Shown here piece by piece: positions 34,870-43,893 of a stretch of 64,000 nucleotides of DNA. The notes beneath the pieces are model-generated. The model saw nothing but the letters and a program-made list of their open reading frames with translations, did no database searches and was not told the DNA's origin. The translations under genes were made by a program, and so were the position numbers. Position 1 is the stretch's first letter. Every line of letters begins with the position of its first letter. Location: contig CAZDXB010000007.1 in NCBI GenBank assembly GCA_964509335.1, positions 44,882 through 108,881 of the forward strand, read 5' to 3'. This DNA comes from an uncultured Hyphomicrobiales bacterium. Its GTDB lineage: Bacteria > Bacteroidota > Ignavibacteria > Kapaibacteriales > UBA2268.

Positions 34870-35457
34870 ATGAAAAAGATAATTTTGTTAATAATAGGTT
34901 TAATGTTTTTATCGTTTGTAATTTTGAAATCGCAACCAGCTTGCGAGCCTTGTTCATCTCAAACTACTTGGGCAAATGCACCTGTTAGTGTTTTACACGT
35001 TGTAATATCTGGTTCGGGATGCGAATTTGACGTTGAATACCAAACAATATTCTGCCTGACAGATGGAACTTGTAATTTTAGAATATTAAAACTCTACAAT
35101 ATTTTGGAGGCTTGCGACGGTTATGGTCCATTGGAATTACTAGAACAAGCGGCGCTGCAAATTATAAAAAACGATGGTATGTTCAAACAATGCTGGCCAT
35201 CTGGCTCTGGAGATTGTGTAGAACAAACTAGAGAGTGGTCCGCGGCTTGCTGGAAGTGGAAAGGAAACGTTGGTCCAGGACCGGGAACTACAGCTACGCT
35301 TAAGCCTTGCGAAACAGAGTCCTGTTGCGAATCCTATTATATGATTTGTAATGAAGGAGGAGCAATTATTGTTTATAAAACATATACAGAGGCAACTCAT
35401 CCTTGCGTGAATCCCGGTCCTGAGTGCTTTATAAGATGTGATTCTGGAGAAAAATAA
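34870..35457 (+). CDS. Cysteine-rich secreted protein (195 aa, ~19 Cys), uncharacterised family; paralog of 38875-39450
   Basis: Signal peptide MKKIILLIIGLMFLSFVILKS. C.PC near the mature N-terminus and the motif GCEFDVEYQTIFC match C.C and HCVFEAYYC in the paralog. The first 17 nt of the CDS are identical to the paralog, as part of the duplicated leader. Confidence 0.6.
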   Translation: MKKIILLIIGLMFLSFVILKSQPACEPCSSQTTWANAPVSVLHVVISGSGCEFDVEYQTIFCLTDGTCNFRILKLYNILEACDGYGPLELLEQAALQIIKNDGMFKQCWPSGSGDCVEQTREWSAACWKWKGNVGPGPGTTATLKPCETESCCESYYMICNEGGAIIVYKTYTEATHPCVNPGPECFIRCDSGEK

Positions 35458-35467
35458 GGAGTAAAAT

Positions 35468-35992
35468 ATGAAAAAAATAATGTATATAATCGTGATGGCG
35501 TTAATGTTAACGATTATTTCGTCGGAGCAAAAATTAGACGCCAAAACAATATCGTTTGACGAAATTAAATACAAAACGTTTATTTATTATAACTTAGAAG
35601 ATAATTATGTTAAAAGATTTTACGAAGGATATTCTCTTAAAGAATACTTGCCGGTTAAAAAAGTAAAAGAGATAAAAAATAATCTGGAAACAATAAGGAA
35701 TGATAGCCAAGCTAAAATAGAAAATTTCGATTGTTTCAACGTCGATATAAGAATTTATCCGAATCCCGCTAGTAGTTATTTTAACGTTTCGCTAAATTCT
35801 GACGACGATATTAAGGAAGTGAAGATAGAGATAATAGACAAATTGGGAAGAACTATTCGCGTTTACAATCGCGAAGGATTGAAAGGAAAAAATAAAGTTA
35901 GAATAGATTTAAGCGGCGTTGAGAAAGGTAGCTACATAGTTAGAGCGGCAATAGGCTCGGCGATGAAAACGGCAAAATTAATCGTTTATTAG
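35468..35992 (+). CDS. Small protein consisting mainly of a T9SS C-terminal sorting domain
   Basis: 174 aa, signal peptide. The C-terminal ~80 aa IRIYPNPASSYFNVSLN...IEIIDKLGRTIRVYN...IDLSGVEKGSYIVRAAIGSAMKTAKLIVY matches the T9SS type-A CTD pattern. Confidence 0.6.
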   Translation: MKKIMYIIVMALMLTIISSEQKLDAKTISFDEIKYKTFIYYNLEDNYVKRFYEGYSLKEYLPVKKVKEIKNNLETIRNDSQAKIENFDCFNVDIRIYPNPASSYFNVSLNSDDDIKEVKIEIIDKLGRTIRVYNREGLKGKNKVRIDLSGVEKGSYIVRAAIGSAMKTAKLIVY

Positions 35993-36062
35993 AGAAGGAT
36001 AAAAGGGGAGGGAATAAATTCTCTCCCCTCGAATTTTCAATAAAAATCGGAGGCTTAATAAA

Positions 36063-38219
36063 ATGAAACGAAATATAATGTTATCAATATTAATATTTAC
36101 CGCTTCTTTCGCCGTTTGTTTTTCCCAGTTAGTTCCAAAATGGGAAATTGGCGCAGCGTCATTTACTCATAATGAATACAGATACGACGGATACCAATTT
36201 AATAAAATAGCGGGAACGAGTGAAAACGATATTATCGTTTTAGGTCAAAGTTACAATGCTGAAAATGGTTATTTTCCTGCAATTTGGCGTTTTAAAAATA
36301 AAGCCGACGAAAGAGAAATATTATATACAGACACAACTAAACAAGATAAAGGCCCCGATATCGCTACTCACGAGTTTAGGTCAATCGCGAAACCCGCACA
36401 TAACTACATAATCGCCGTCGGGGATTCTAACAAATATCAAGGAGAGTTTAAAGTCGAAGGAAAATTCGGCGAAGCTTGGCAAGAGTTTTATTTTAGAACT
36501 GGTTTTATGTTAATCTCAACCGACGGCGGCGAAAGTTGGAATAAAACAACGCTCGATTCTAACACCAAGTTAAACGAGGTAAGAATGCTCGATAACGACT
36601 ATGGGGTAATACTCGAGGAAGGTTGGGAGAATTATTACAACCAAAGAGAATTAATAAATAACGACACTTTGCTAATAACTAAAGACGGATGGAAAACATA
36701 CGAACAAATAAAACTTCCAGAAACAATAGAATATCCGGACGATATTTTCATTTTATCAAAGGATACGTTGGCTATTTTATGCTGGGACGCGGACACAAAA
36801 CGAACGTTTATTATTTTTTCCTACGACGGCGGCAAAAATTGGGAAGACGAATTTTACTTCGACGAAACCGTTCGTATTCAGGATATTGAATTTATAGGAA
36901 ACAAAGCTTACGCCGTTGGATGGTACGAACCGAGTTTATTGTCCGACACCGTTACTAATCCTTATGTTGATATTTCCGTTCAATTTCCTTATATCGCTTA
37001 TAGCGAAAATCGCGGACGTTCTTGGAGAAAACTCGAAAGCTTTCCAGTAGAAATTAACGATATAATTAAAGATTACGGACATAGGTTATACAGCGTTGAT
37101 TTTTGCGACAGTATAAACGGTATCGTAAGCGGATTTAGCGACAGTGCGAATCCTTACGTTTTTAAAACGACCGACGGCGGCGAAAGTTGGGAACGAGAAT
37201 ATTTGCCCTTTAGTTATCACAATCAAGCTTTGCTTATGAATATATATTTTCCGAGAAAAAATTACGCTCTAGTTTTTAATCAATCCAGATATGTTTACAA
37301 ATATGAAGGCGATAAACTTTTGGCTATGCCGAAATTTTATAAATTTAGCAACGTTCCAATAGAGAATTTGAAATTGAGATGGGCGTCGATAGAAGGGGCT
37401 AAAAATTATAGAATAAAAATTGACAGCACGAGAAAATGGTTTAGCGAATCTACCGGAATTAAAACCTATCCCGAGCCGGATTTCGAAAGTCCAATTATCG
37501 ATACTACAATAGCAGATACGTCTGTACTATTTGAGAAACTTATGTACGAATCGCGCATAGTCGCTTTTGTGAAAGCTATCGGCGAGTCGAGAGAAAGTTA
37601 CTGGCGTCGCTATATATTTGTAACTAATACTAGAGAAAATTATTTATATCAACCGAAGTTTGTATTTCCTAAATCTGTTACGATTATACGTGAATCGAGA
37701 GCGGAATTTAAATGGCGCGCTGTTAAGCCCGCAACCAAATATTACTTGACCATAGAAAATAAAGCTAACAGAGAAGTAATATTCAGGGATACGTTATCAG
37801 CCGTAGATACTAGCGTCGTAGTAATCGGTTTCGAGCCGAACACGGGTTATATGGCGCGTTTAGAAGCGACGAGAGGAAATGAATCATCCGGGGACTTAGC
37901 TTTTTTTATAACGGCGACGGAGTTGCCTGTTAGAGAGCGCAAAGAATACGAACCGATAACGAGTTTACGTATTTACCCTAACCCGACTTATTCTAGTATT
38001 AATCTTTCCGTGAATTTAAAAAGCCGAAGCAAAATTGAAATAGATTTGATAAATAGTTGGGGTTCAAAAATTGACAGGATATTTGGCGGTTATCAAACTG
38101 ACGGTTGTCATACTTTCCGCCATGCGCCGGAACCGGATTTGCCATCGGGAACGTATTGGATACGAGCGACTATTGACGGAGAGAAGCAAGTAGCAAAGCC
38201 GGTTGTGATATTAAAATAG
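36063..38219 (+). CDS. BNR/Asp-box repeat beta-propeller protein with FN3-like domains and T9SS C-terminal sorting domain
   Basis: 718 aa, signal peptide. Asp-box repeats STDGGESWNKT, SYDGGKNWEDE, TTDGGESWERE. FN3-like segments (KLRWASIEGAKNYRIKID; EFKWRAVKPATKYYLTIEN). C-terminal LRIYPNPTYSSINLSVN...VVILK CTD. Confidence 0.7.
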   Translation: MKRNIMLSILIFTASFAVCFSQLVPKWEIGAASFTHNEYRYDGYQFNKIAGTSENDIIVLGQSYNAENGYFPAIWRFKNKADEREILYTDTTKQDKGPDIATHEFRSIAKPAHNYIIAVGDSNKYQGEFKVEGKFGEAWQEFYFRTGFMLISTDGGESWNKTTLDSNTKLNEVRMLDNDYGVILEEGWENYYNQRELINNDTLLITKDGWKTYEQIKLPETIEYPDDIFILSKDTLAILCWDADTKRTFIIFSYDGGKNWEDEFYFDETVRIQDIEFIGNKAYAVGWYEPSLLSDTVTNPYVDISVQFPYIAYSENRGRSWRKLESFPVEINDIIKDYGHRLYSVDFCDSINGIVSGFSDSANPYVFKTTDGGESWEREYLPFSYHNQALLMNIYFPRKNYALVFNQSRYVYKYEGDKLLAMPKFYKFSNVPIENLKLRWASIEGAKNYRIKIDSTRKWFSESTGIKTYPEPDFESPIIDTTIADTSVLFEKLMYESRIVAFVKAIGESRESYWRRYIFVTNTRENYLYQPKFVFPKSVTIIRESRAEFKWRAVKPATKYYLTIENKANREVIFRDTLSAVDTSVVVIGFEPNTGYMARLEATRGNESSGDLAFFITATELPVRERKEYEPITSLRIYPNPTYSSINLSVNLKSRSKIEIDLINSWGSKIDRIFGGYQTDGCHTFRHAPEPDLPSGTYWIRATIDGEKQVAKPVVILK

Positions 38220-38239
38220 CTTCGAATATCATTAAACTC

Positions 38240-38313
38240 TTCCGTCCGCTCCAGCGGCGGAACGCATATTGAGACGCTCCGCGTCGTTTTTTCTTTGCCG
38301 CGCAGAGCGCGGG
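38240..38313 (+). repeat. REP-like element family 1, extended copy d (three hairpins: GTTCCG..CGGAAC, GACGCTCCGCGTC+T6, CCGCGCAGAGCGCGG)
   Basis: Begins 21 bp after the 36063-38219 stop. The long form is shared with copy e. Confidence 0.8.
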
Positions 38314-38335
38314 TTATTTTGGAATGAGGGGGAAG

Positions 38336-38874
38336 AGGGCGCTAACGATAGGCGGTAAACCGACACGCCTTAGCGGTCGGCAATCGTATCGCGGCAATAT
38401 TGAGCGCTGGCAAATAGTTAAAGCTATCGGTTGCCGAAAGATTACTTTGAAATATCGCATAGTTTTTGTGCGTATAAACCAATATAATATAAAATATTTA
38501 TAGAATATCTATGTTCACATGTGAACATTTTCAGCCCGCTATGTTCATATGTGAACATAGCTTAAATAATAAAAATAATATTTGGATTGTATAAATATTG
38601 TTTTTATATTTGTATCGGAATGTTATAAGTCCATATATATATATGATTTACAAAAATAAATAGAGGAGGCGTAAATTTGCCGAACATAATAGTTTTAGAA
38701 GGGCGAAGATTAAAACTGCCTAAATAAAGGACCGGCGAGAGTAAGCCGCGTCGCCGGTCCAATTATTGCGTCAAAGCGCGTTCCCGAGTTAAAGATGTTA
38801 TATTCGCGTTATAACTGCGGCTCGGGAACGCCTCCTATAATAACAATTGCAAATTTAATAAAAAGGAAAGAGTT
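38336..38874 (+). promoter_or_regulatory. Conserved non-coding leader, copy 2 (100-bp block 38336-38440; unique AT-rich segment with two perfect palindromes at 38511-38528 and 38539-38560; 310-bp block 38566-38874 with uORF 38677-38727 MPNIIVLEGRRLKLPK and the same two stem-loops)
   Basis: See copy 1. Palindromes ATGTTCACATGTGAACAT and CTATGTTCATATGTGAACATAG, read directly. Confidence 0.6.
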
Positions 38875-39450
38875 ATGAAAAAGATAATTTTAATATCGAT
38901 AACAATAGTCTTATTAGGATTAACTTTTAGCGCTAATAAGCTTAACGCACAGTGCGATTGCCCTCAAGACATACCGCCAACGAATATACCTTGGACTGTG
39001 GAAGGTCCCCATTATATCTTCATATACGACGACGAAGGTGACCATTGCGTTTTTGAGGCATATTATTGCTGGCGTAAAATTCTAGATTATTATCCGTCGC
39101 CGGAAATTCAAGTTGTTGTTTGTAAATATAGTCCTACGGAAGATTGCAACGAGAATTTTAATCTTTCGGTTTGGGAAATATATAAAAAATTGGGAATAAA
39201 AATAATTGAATTAAATCCAGATAATTTAGATTGGCCCGCTCCACCTTGTCCATATGGTTATCCATATTACTCAGTAGTAACTTTCGGTTGCTATGATGTA
39301 TATGACGAAACCCCGTGCGGCGGTTTAGTGTATTGTAAATACTTATTTGAAGTTTGTATGAGTGCGGGTCAAAGGATAACTAAGCCATTAGGAGCGACGA
39401 CGGTTGGAGACGAATGTCCGGTCGGGTGCGATAACAAATGCGGCGATTAA
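38875..39450 (+). CDS. Cysteine-rich secreted protein (191 aa, ~18 Cys), divergent paralog of 34870-35457
   Basis: Signal peptide MKKIILISITIVLLGLTFSANKLNA. Mature QCDCPQD...; HCVFEAYYC; C-terminal ECPVGCDNKCGD. Confidence 0.6.
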   Translation: MKKIILISITIVLLGLTFSANKLNAQCDCPQDIPPTNIPWTVEGPHYIFIYDDEGDHCVFEAYYCWRKILDYYPSPEIQVVVCKYSPTEDCNENFNLSVWEIYKKLGIKIIELNPDNLDWPAPPCPYGYPYYSVVTFGCYDVYDETPCGGLVYCKYLFEVCMSAGQRITKPLGATTVGDECPVGCDNKCGD

Positions 39451-39476
39451 TGATTGTAATAAAAAAGGAACTTGCT

Positions 39477-41954
39477 ATGTCGATTACAAAATATATTTTA
39501 ACAACGATAACAATAACTATAATCTTAGTTAATCCGTTGAAAGCCGAAAAGAAAATTGTTTGGCAAAATACAATATCGCGAATTTTGGATTGTCAAGTTA
39601 TCGATTCGCAGAATTACGTGATAGTCGGCGACGACGGCAAGATAATCTCGACGAGCGACGGCGGTTTTACTTGGCGATGGTTAGAATGCGGTTTGAGAAA
39701 TATATTTTACGGCGTAGATTTCCTCGACAAGAATACGGGCGTCGTTGTCGGCGACGGCGGCGCCTTCACCGCCACTACCGACGGCGGCGAGACTTGGCGT
39801 ACAGAAACTATAGATACGACCGCGTTTTTTTCGGTCGAAATGAAGAGCAAAAACGCGATATTCGCAAGCGGAATGAATACTTGTATTTACAAATCGAGCG
39901 ATTTCGGCGAGACTTGGAAAAAGGTTTTTAGCGGCGATAACGCCGTATTAGAAAACTATTTTTTCTTTAAAGACAGCATAAAAACAATAAAAGCCTATTC
40001 AAACAATAGCGATATTCATTTTGTAAACGACTCTATCGGTTTTGCCGCGGGCGTCGGACCTTTCGTTTTAAAAACCGAGGACGGCGGGGAGAGCTGGCGC
40101 AAAGTTCTGCAAAAAGGAGACAGCGCTCTATTTACGGATATCGACTTTTACGACGATAAACGCGGCGTAGCGGCGGGAGGCGATTTCGTATATAACGATT
40201 CGTTAAACTATGGGTATTTAAAAGCGAAGGCGTATTATACATTGGACGGAGGAGAAAACTGGATAGAAATGGATGCGCCGGGAGCGGGGCATTATATAGG
40301 CGCGAAGATGTTCGATAGCTCTTATATATATTTACTCGGCGGAACTCATTGGTCTCATATAACTAAAGATTTCGGTAACAGTTGGCGAAAAATTAAGTTT
40401 ATCGATTACAAATACTTCAAAAACAATCTGGACACTGATAATTATAAAGATACGACCGCGGCTTGGGGATCTGATTATACGCCGACAGCTATGTCCTCCG
40501 ATAACGAAGGGGTTATATTGTCTATCGACAAACAAGGAGTGATAATGAAATCGACCAATTTCGGCATAAATTATCAAACTTTAAAGAAGTTTGAAATGTA
40601 TGAATTTATTGGACATTATTTTAGACGCATTCACGGTTTTGCATCGCTTTCGGAAAACAAAGCGTTATTTTTTGGCGAGGAAAGCAAAGTTTATAGAACT
40701 TCCGACGGGGGAACAAGCTGGGACATTATTTTCCCTCGTTATGAAATAAAAAACTGGGATGATAAAGAATTTTGGAGTAGTATTTCATCGTCCAACGCTT
40801 CTTTTTATACTAGTTATTTACCCGATAGCGCGAACGGTTTCATTGCAGGCAAACTCGACGGTTGGAAGCCGTCAAATACGATATTTACTTCCGACGGCGG
40901 CGAAACTTGGGATATCGTAAATAATTTGAAATCGAAGAGCCTTAGTTTTATATCAAGAGATACAGGATTCGCAATAGGTTACGATTCATTACTTTTAAAA
41001 ACTGAAAATTTTGGGCTTAGTTGGGATACTCTGAGAATTTTTCATAGATCGGGCGATTATAATGAACGGCAACTTAACAATCGACCTCTACAAATAGTTT
41101 TTCCCGACTCAAGCGCCGGATATCTAATCATTAATTCAGCTTATATAAAAACAAACGATACGATTACTTATCCTACGGGTTATAAAGGGATCTCTAAGCT
41201 TTATAGAACTACAGACCGCTGGCAAACTTTCGATTCAATTTTTTGCGAGGAAACTCGCTGGCCCTTCGATAAAATTCACTTTATGGATAAAAATACGGCG
41301 TATATTTTTAGCGGCGACCATAAAACAATCTATAAAACGACCGACGGTTGCAAGACTTGGGATACGCGTATGCTTCCGGGAAATTACCATTTCGTAAACG
41401 ACGTTCATTTTATAGACGAAAATTTCGGGGTCGCCGTGGGGCGGCAGGACACAATATTTACTACGCGAGACGGCGGAAAATCTTGGGAAATAAAAGTTCT
41501 GCCTTTTAATAGAAATTATTTTGGCGATAAAAGGGGGGAGGATTTATATGATTTTATAGAAATAACCGAAGCAAAAAACGGTGATTTGTTTATTGTTGGC
41601 AAGGGCAGGGTTGTTAGAGGGTTAATAATAAACGACACGACGACGGTAGAGGGCCAAACGGAAGGCGGCAGGTATTGTCAGTTTTATTACATCACGATTA
41701 TCCCAAATCCTGTTAAGGGAACAGCGAAAATAAATTTATATGGATTGACACAGGCTAAGGGGCATAAATTGAGCTTAAAAATATACGATATAAACGGAAA
41801 TTTCGTTAAAGATATATCTAAGAAGGCGAACGCCAACAGCGATGGCAAAACCGCCGAGTTTGAAGTTAATTTGCACGGTTTGCCGAGCGGCATATATTTT
41901 ATTCAATTGGAGAGCAACAGCCGGACTAGATCCCGGAAGTTTATAAAGTATTAA
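39477..41954 (+). CDS. Large BNR/Asp-box repeat (Ycf48/sortilin-like) double beta-propeller protein with T9SS C-terminal sorting domain
   Basis: Track start 39438; ATG 39477 gives signal peptide MSITKYILTTITITIILVNPLKA. At least 12 Asp-box-like repeats (SDGGFTWRW, TDGGETWRT, SDFGETWKK, EDGGESWRK, LDGGENWIE, SDGGTSWDI, SDGGETWDI, TDGCKTWDT, RDGGKSWEI ...). C-terminal IIPNPVKGTAKINLYGL...FIKY CTD. Confidence 0.7.
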   Translation: MSITKYILTTITITIILVNPLKAEKKIVWQNTISRILDCQVIDSQNYVIVGDDGKIISTSDGGFTWRWLECGLRNIFYGVDFLDKNTGVVVGDGGAFTATTDGGETWRTETIDTTAFFSVEMKSKNAIFASGMNTCIYKSSDFGETWKKVFSGDNAVLENYFFFKDSIKTIKAYSNNSDIHFVNDSIGFAAGVGPFVLKTEDGGESWRKVLQKGDSALFTDIDFYDDKRGVAAGGDFVYNDSLNYGYLKAKAYYTLDGGENWIEMDAPGAGHYIGAKMFDSSYIYLLGGTHWSHITKDFGNSWRKIKFIDYKYFKNNLDTDNYKDTTAAWGSDYTPTAMSSDNEGVILSIDKQGVIMKSTNFGINYQTLKKFEMYEFIGHYFRRIHGFASLSENKALFFGEESKVYRTSDGGTSWDIIFPRYEIKNWDDKEFWSSISSSNASFYTSYLPDSANGFIAGKLDGWKPSNTIFTSDGGETWDIVNNLKSKSLSFISRDTGFAIGYDSLLLKTENFGLSWDTLRIFHRSGDYNERQLNNRPLQIVFPDSSAGYLIINSAYIKTNDTITYPTGYKGISKLYRTTDRWQTFDSIFCEETRWPFDKIHFMDKNTAYIFSGDHKTIYKTTDGCKTWDTRMLPGNYHFVNDVHFIDENFGVAVGRQDTIFTTRDGGKSWEIKVLPFNRNYFGDKRGEDLYDFIEITEAKNGDLFIVGKGRVVRGLIINDTTTVEGQTEGGRYCQFYYITIIPNPVKGTAKINLYGLTQAKGHKLSLKIYDINGNFVKDISKKANANSDGKTAEFEVNLHGLPSGIYFIQLESNSRTRSRKFIKY

Positions 41955-41974
41955 GCGGAAACTAACTTTCAACT

Positions 41975-42051
41975 CGTTCCGCCCGCTCCAGCGGCGGAAC
42001 GCATACCCAGACGCTCCGCGTCGTTTTTTCTTTGCCGCGCAGAGCGCGGGG
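41975..42051 (+). repeat. REP-like element family 1, extended copy e
   Basis: GTTCCGCCCGCTCCAGCGGCGGAACGCATACCCAGACGCTCCGCGTCGTTTTTTCTTTGCCGCGCAGAGCGCGGG, 21 bp after the 41954 stop. Confidence 0.8.
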
Positions 42052-42153
42052 AATTTATGAGGCGAAACACTGATTCAGCTTACCCTCCTTCCAAAACTCC
42101 GATTTTGGAAGGTTATTTATATCAATTTGTCGCGGTGTCGTTTAATGACGCGC

Positions 42154-43740
42154 CTAAGGTAGATTCGGCTCCGCCATTATTACTTGCTCCCTCGCTATTA
42201 CGACGCTGCCGGGATTCGCTCCTTTCGGTTTGCGAACGTATTTTTTGTATGTGTAGGCGACCGGAGCGTATTTGGCGTTTCTCGCTTTTGAGTAATACAA
42301 AGCTATAGAGGCGGCTTTTTGTATTATGTGTTTCGACGGTTTTTGCTTTTTTCCCAGTCTAAGAACGGCGTGCGAGCCGCCCGCGCCGCGAGCGTGAAAC
42401 CATAAGTCGTTTGGCTTGGCGAATTTCATCGTCAGTTCGTCGTTTTCGGCGGCGTTCTTGCCTACGTATAGAACGAAGCCTTCGCCTAAATCGAATGTTC
42501 TGAATTTCGCGTCTGCGCTATCTTCTTTCATTCCGCTTCCCAATATTTTATTCGCTTCTTTCTGTATCTTTTCAATTTCTTTGACGGTTCGCGCTTTTTC
42601 TAATTGATTGAGAATTTTTTGAACCGCGCTAAGCTCGTCTTTTGTTTTCGGTATTCTTTTCTTTCTGATTTTTAACTCTTCCCTCGTCGAGCGGGCTTTG
42701 TCGAAATATTTTTGCGCGTTCTCCAGCAAGCTTCTTTCTTTTTCGAGCGGTATTTCGATAGTTTCGCCGCTAAAATCTTCGAGATTTATCGAATCGCCCG
42801 CTTTGATTTTTGGATTTGGTTGCGCCATTAACACTTCGGCGTATTTTTGGTATTTTGCCGCTCTACTTTCCGCTTTCGTTTCGTTTTGCAATTCCGTTAG
42901 CGTTTTCGCGAGCTTATCTTTCCTTCTAATTAATCTCTTTTCGAGGCTTCCGCTAATCGAATCGAACTTTTCATTTTTCAAATAGCCGACGACGCGTTCG
43001 CGAATGGCAGCGCTTATTGAATCGAATATTTTTTCCGGCTCTTCCCTTTCGCTTAGCGGCGTTAAAGACAAAACCGAAGAACGCCCGCCGTATAAATAGA
43101 ATTTTTCCGAAGACTTTAGCTCGGCGATAAATTTCTCCGCTTCGCTTTTCAAGCGCTCTAGCGAAAATTCTCCGAGCTTCGCGTTTTTATCGATTCCCGC
43201 GCGACTTAATATCTCGGCGGCGTAGCGTTTGCCGAGCTTATAGTTGGATTTAGAAAGAACTTTGTAAATTGTCGTTTCGGGCTTGAAATCATCTATAGAC
43301 TTAAGCGAGCCTTTCGGCGCGGATAATTTCGAGCCGACGTATTTATCGGAAGATTTGAACGCGTCTGTAACGGTATCCTTCGAGTCGGTCAAGAAAACGT
43401 TGCTTTTAGGACCGCCGAAGACGAAAAAATATAAGTTATACTCGCCAAAGTAGAGTTTAATAATTCTATCGTCGGAAGAAATCTCGACGGATTCAACGGT
43501 TTCGCCGACGATTGGCGCGAATAAATCGACGACGTTCTTTCTGGCTTTGGCGAAGTCGTCCCTGAGAAACATGGACGCTATTTGCGGCTTGCCGTAATAT
43601 TGAACGTAAAATTCCTCGTCGCCAAAAAGCTCCAGAACGAGCGAATTCTTCTCTTGGCTAAAGCAATCCGACAGAGTCGCCCCCTTAAGAACTTGAAATT
43701 CCTCGACGACCTTTAGCAATGTATAGTAATTTCTAATCAT
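42154..43740 (-). CDS. rqcH: NFACT-family protein (FbpA/RqcH-like ribosome quality-control factor) with C-terminal NFACT-R/DUF814 domain
   Basis: 528 aa. The C-terminal WFHARGAGGSHAVLRLGKKQKPSKHIIQKAASIALYYSKARNAKYAPVAYTYKKYVRKPKGANPGSV is typical of DUF814/NFACT-R. A coiled-coil middle region is present. Confidence 0.7.
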   Translation of the reverse strand: MIRNYYTLLKVVEEFQVLKGATLSDCFSQEKNSLVLELFGDEEFYVQYYGKPQIASMFLRDDFAKARKNVVDLFAPIVGETVESVEISSDDRIIKLYFGEYNLYFFVFGGPKSNVFLTDSKDTVTDAFKSSDKYVGSKLSAPKGSLKSIDDFKPETTIYKVLSKSNYKLGKRYAAEILSRAGIDKNAKLGEFSLERLKSEAEKFIAELKSSEKFYLYGGRSSVLSLTPLSEREEPEKIFDSISAAIRERVVGYLKNEKFDSISGSLEKRLIRRKDKLAKTLTELQNETKAESRAAKYQKYAEVLMAQPNPKIKAGDSINLEDFSGETIEIPLEKERSLLENAQKYFDKARSTREELKIRKKRIPKTKDELSAVQKILNQLEKARTVKEIEKIQKEANKILGSGMKEDSADAKFRTFDLGEGFVLYVGKNAAENDELTMKFAKPNDLWFHARGAGGSHAVLRLGKKQKPSKHIIQKAASIALYYSKARNAKYAPVAYTYKKYVRKPKGANPGSVVIAREQVIMAEPNLP

Positions 43741-43845
43741 TCAAATCTTCAGATTGTATTTGTCGCAAAAATAAAAAAAGGAGAGGAGTATTTAACAATT
43801 CCCCTCTCATAAAACTCTGTTGAGAGAACGTTTAATGAACTCCTA

Positions 43846-43866
43846 CTGAAATTGAAATTTCGGAAG
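43846..43866. repeat. Hairpin repeat family 2 partial copy (CTGAAATTGAAATTTCGGAAG)
   Basis: Read directly. Confidence 0.5.
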
Positions 43867-43893
43867 AGACAAACAAAATCGCTACGATTAAAC

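Noticed and set aside
38511-38560. Interpretation of the TGTTCA..TGAACA palindromes as a LexA/SOS box linked to the S24 paralogs
   Set aside because: No similar motif is found in the ~110-bp region upstream of the S24 gene pair (22090-22198). The S24 proteins lack a DNA-binding domain. The dyad's regulator remains unassigned.
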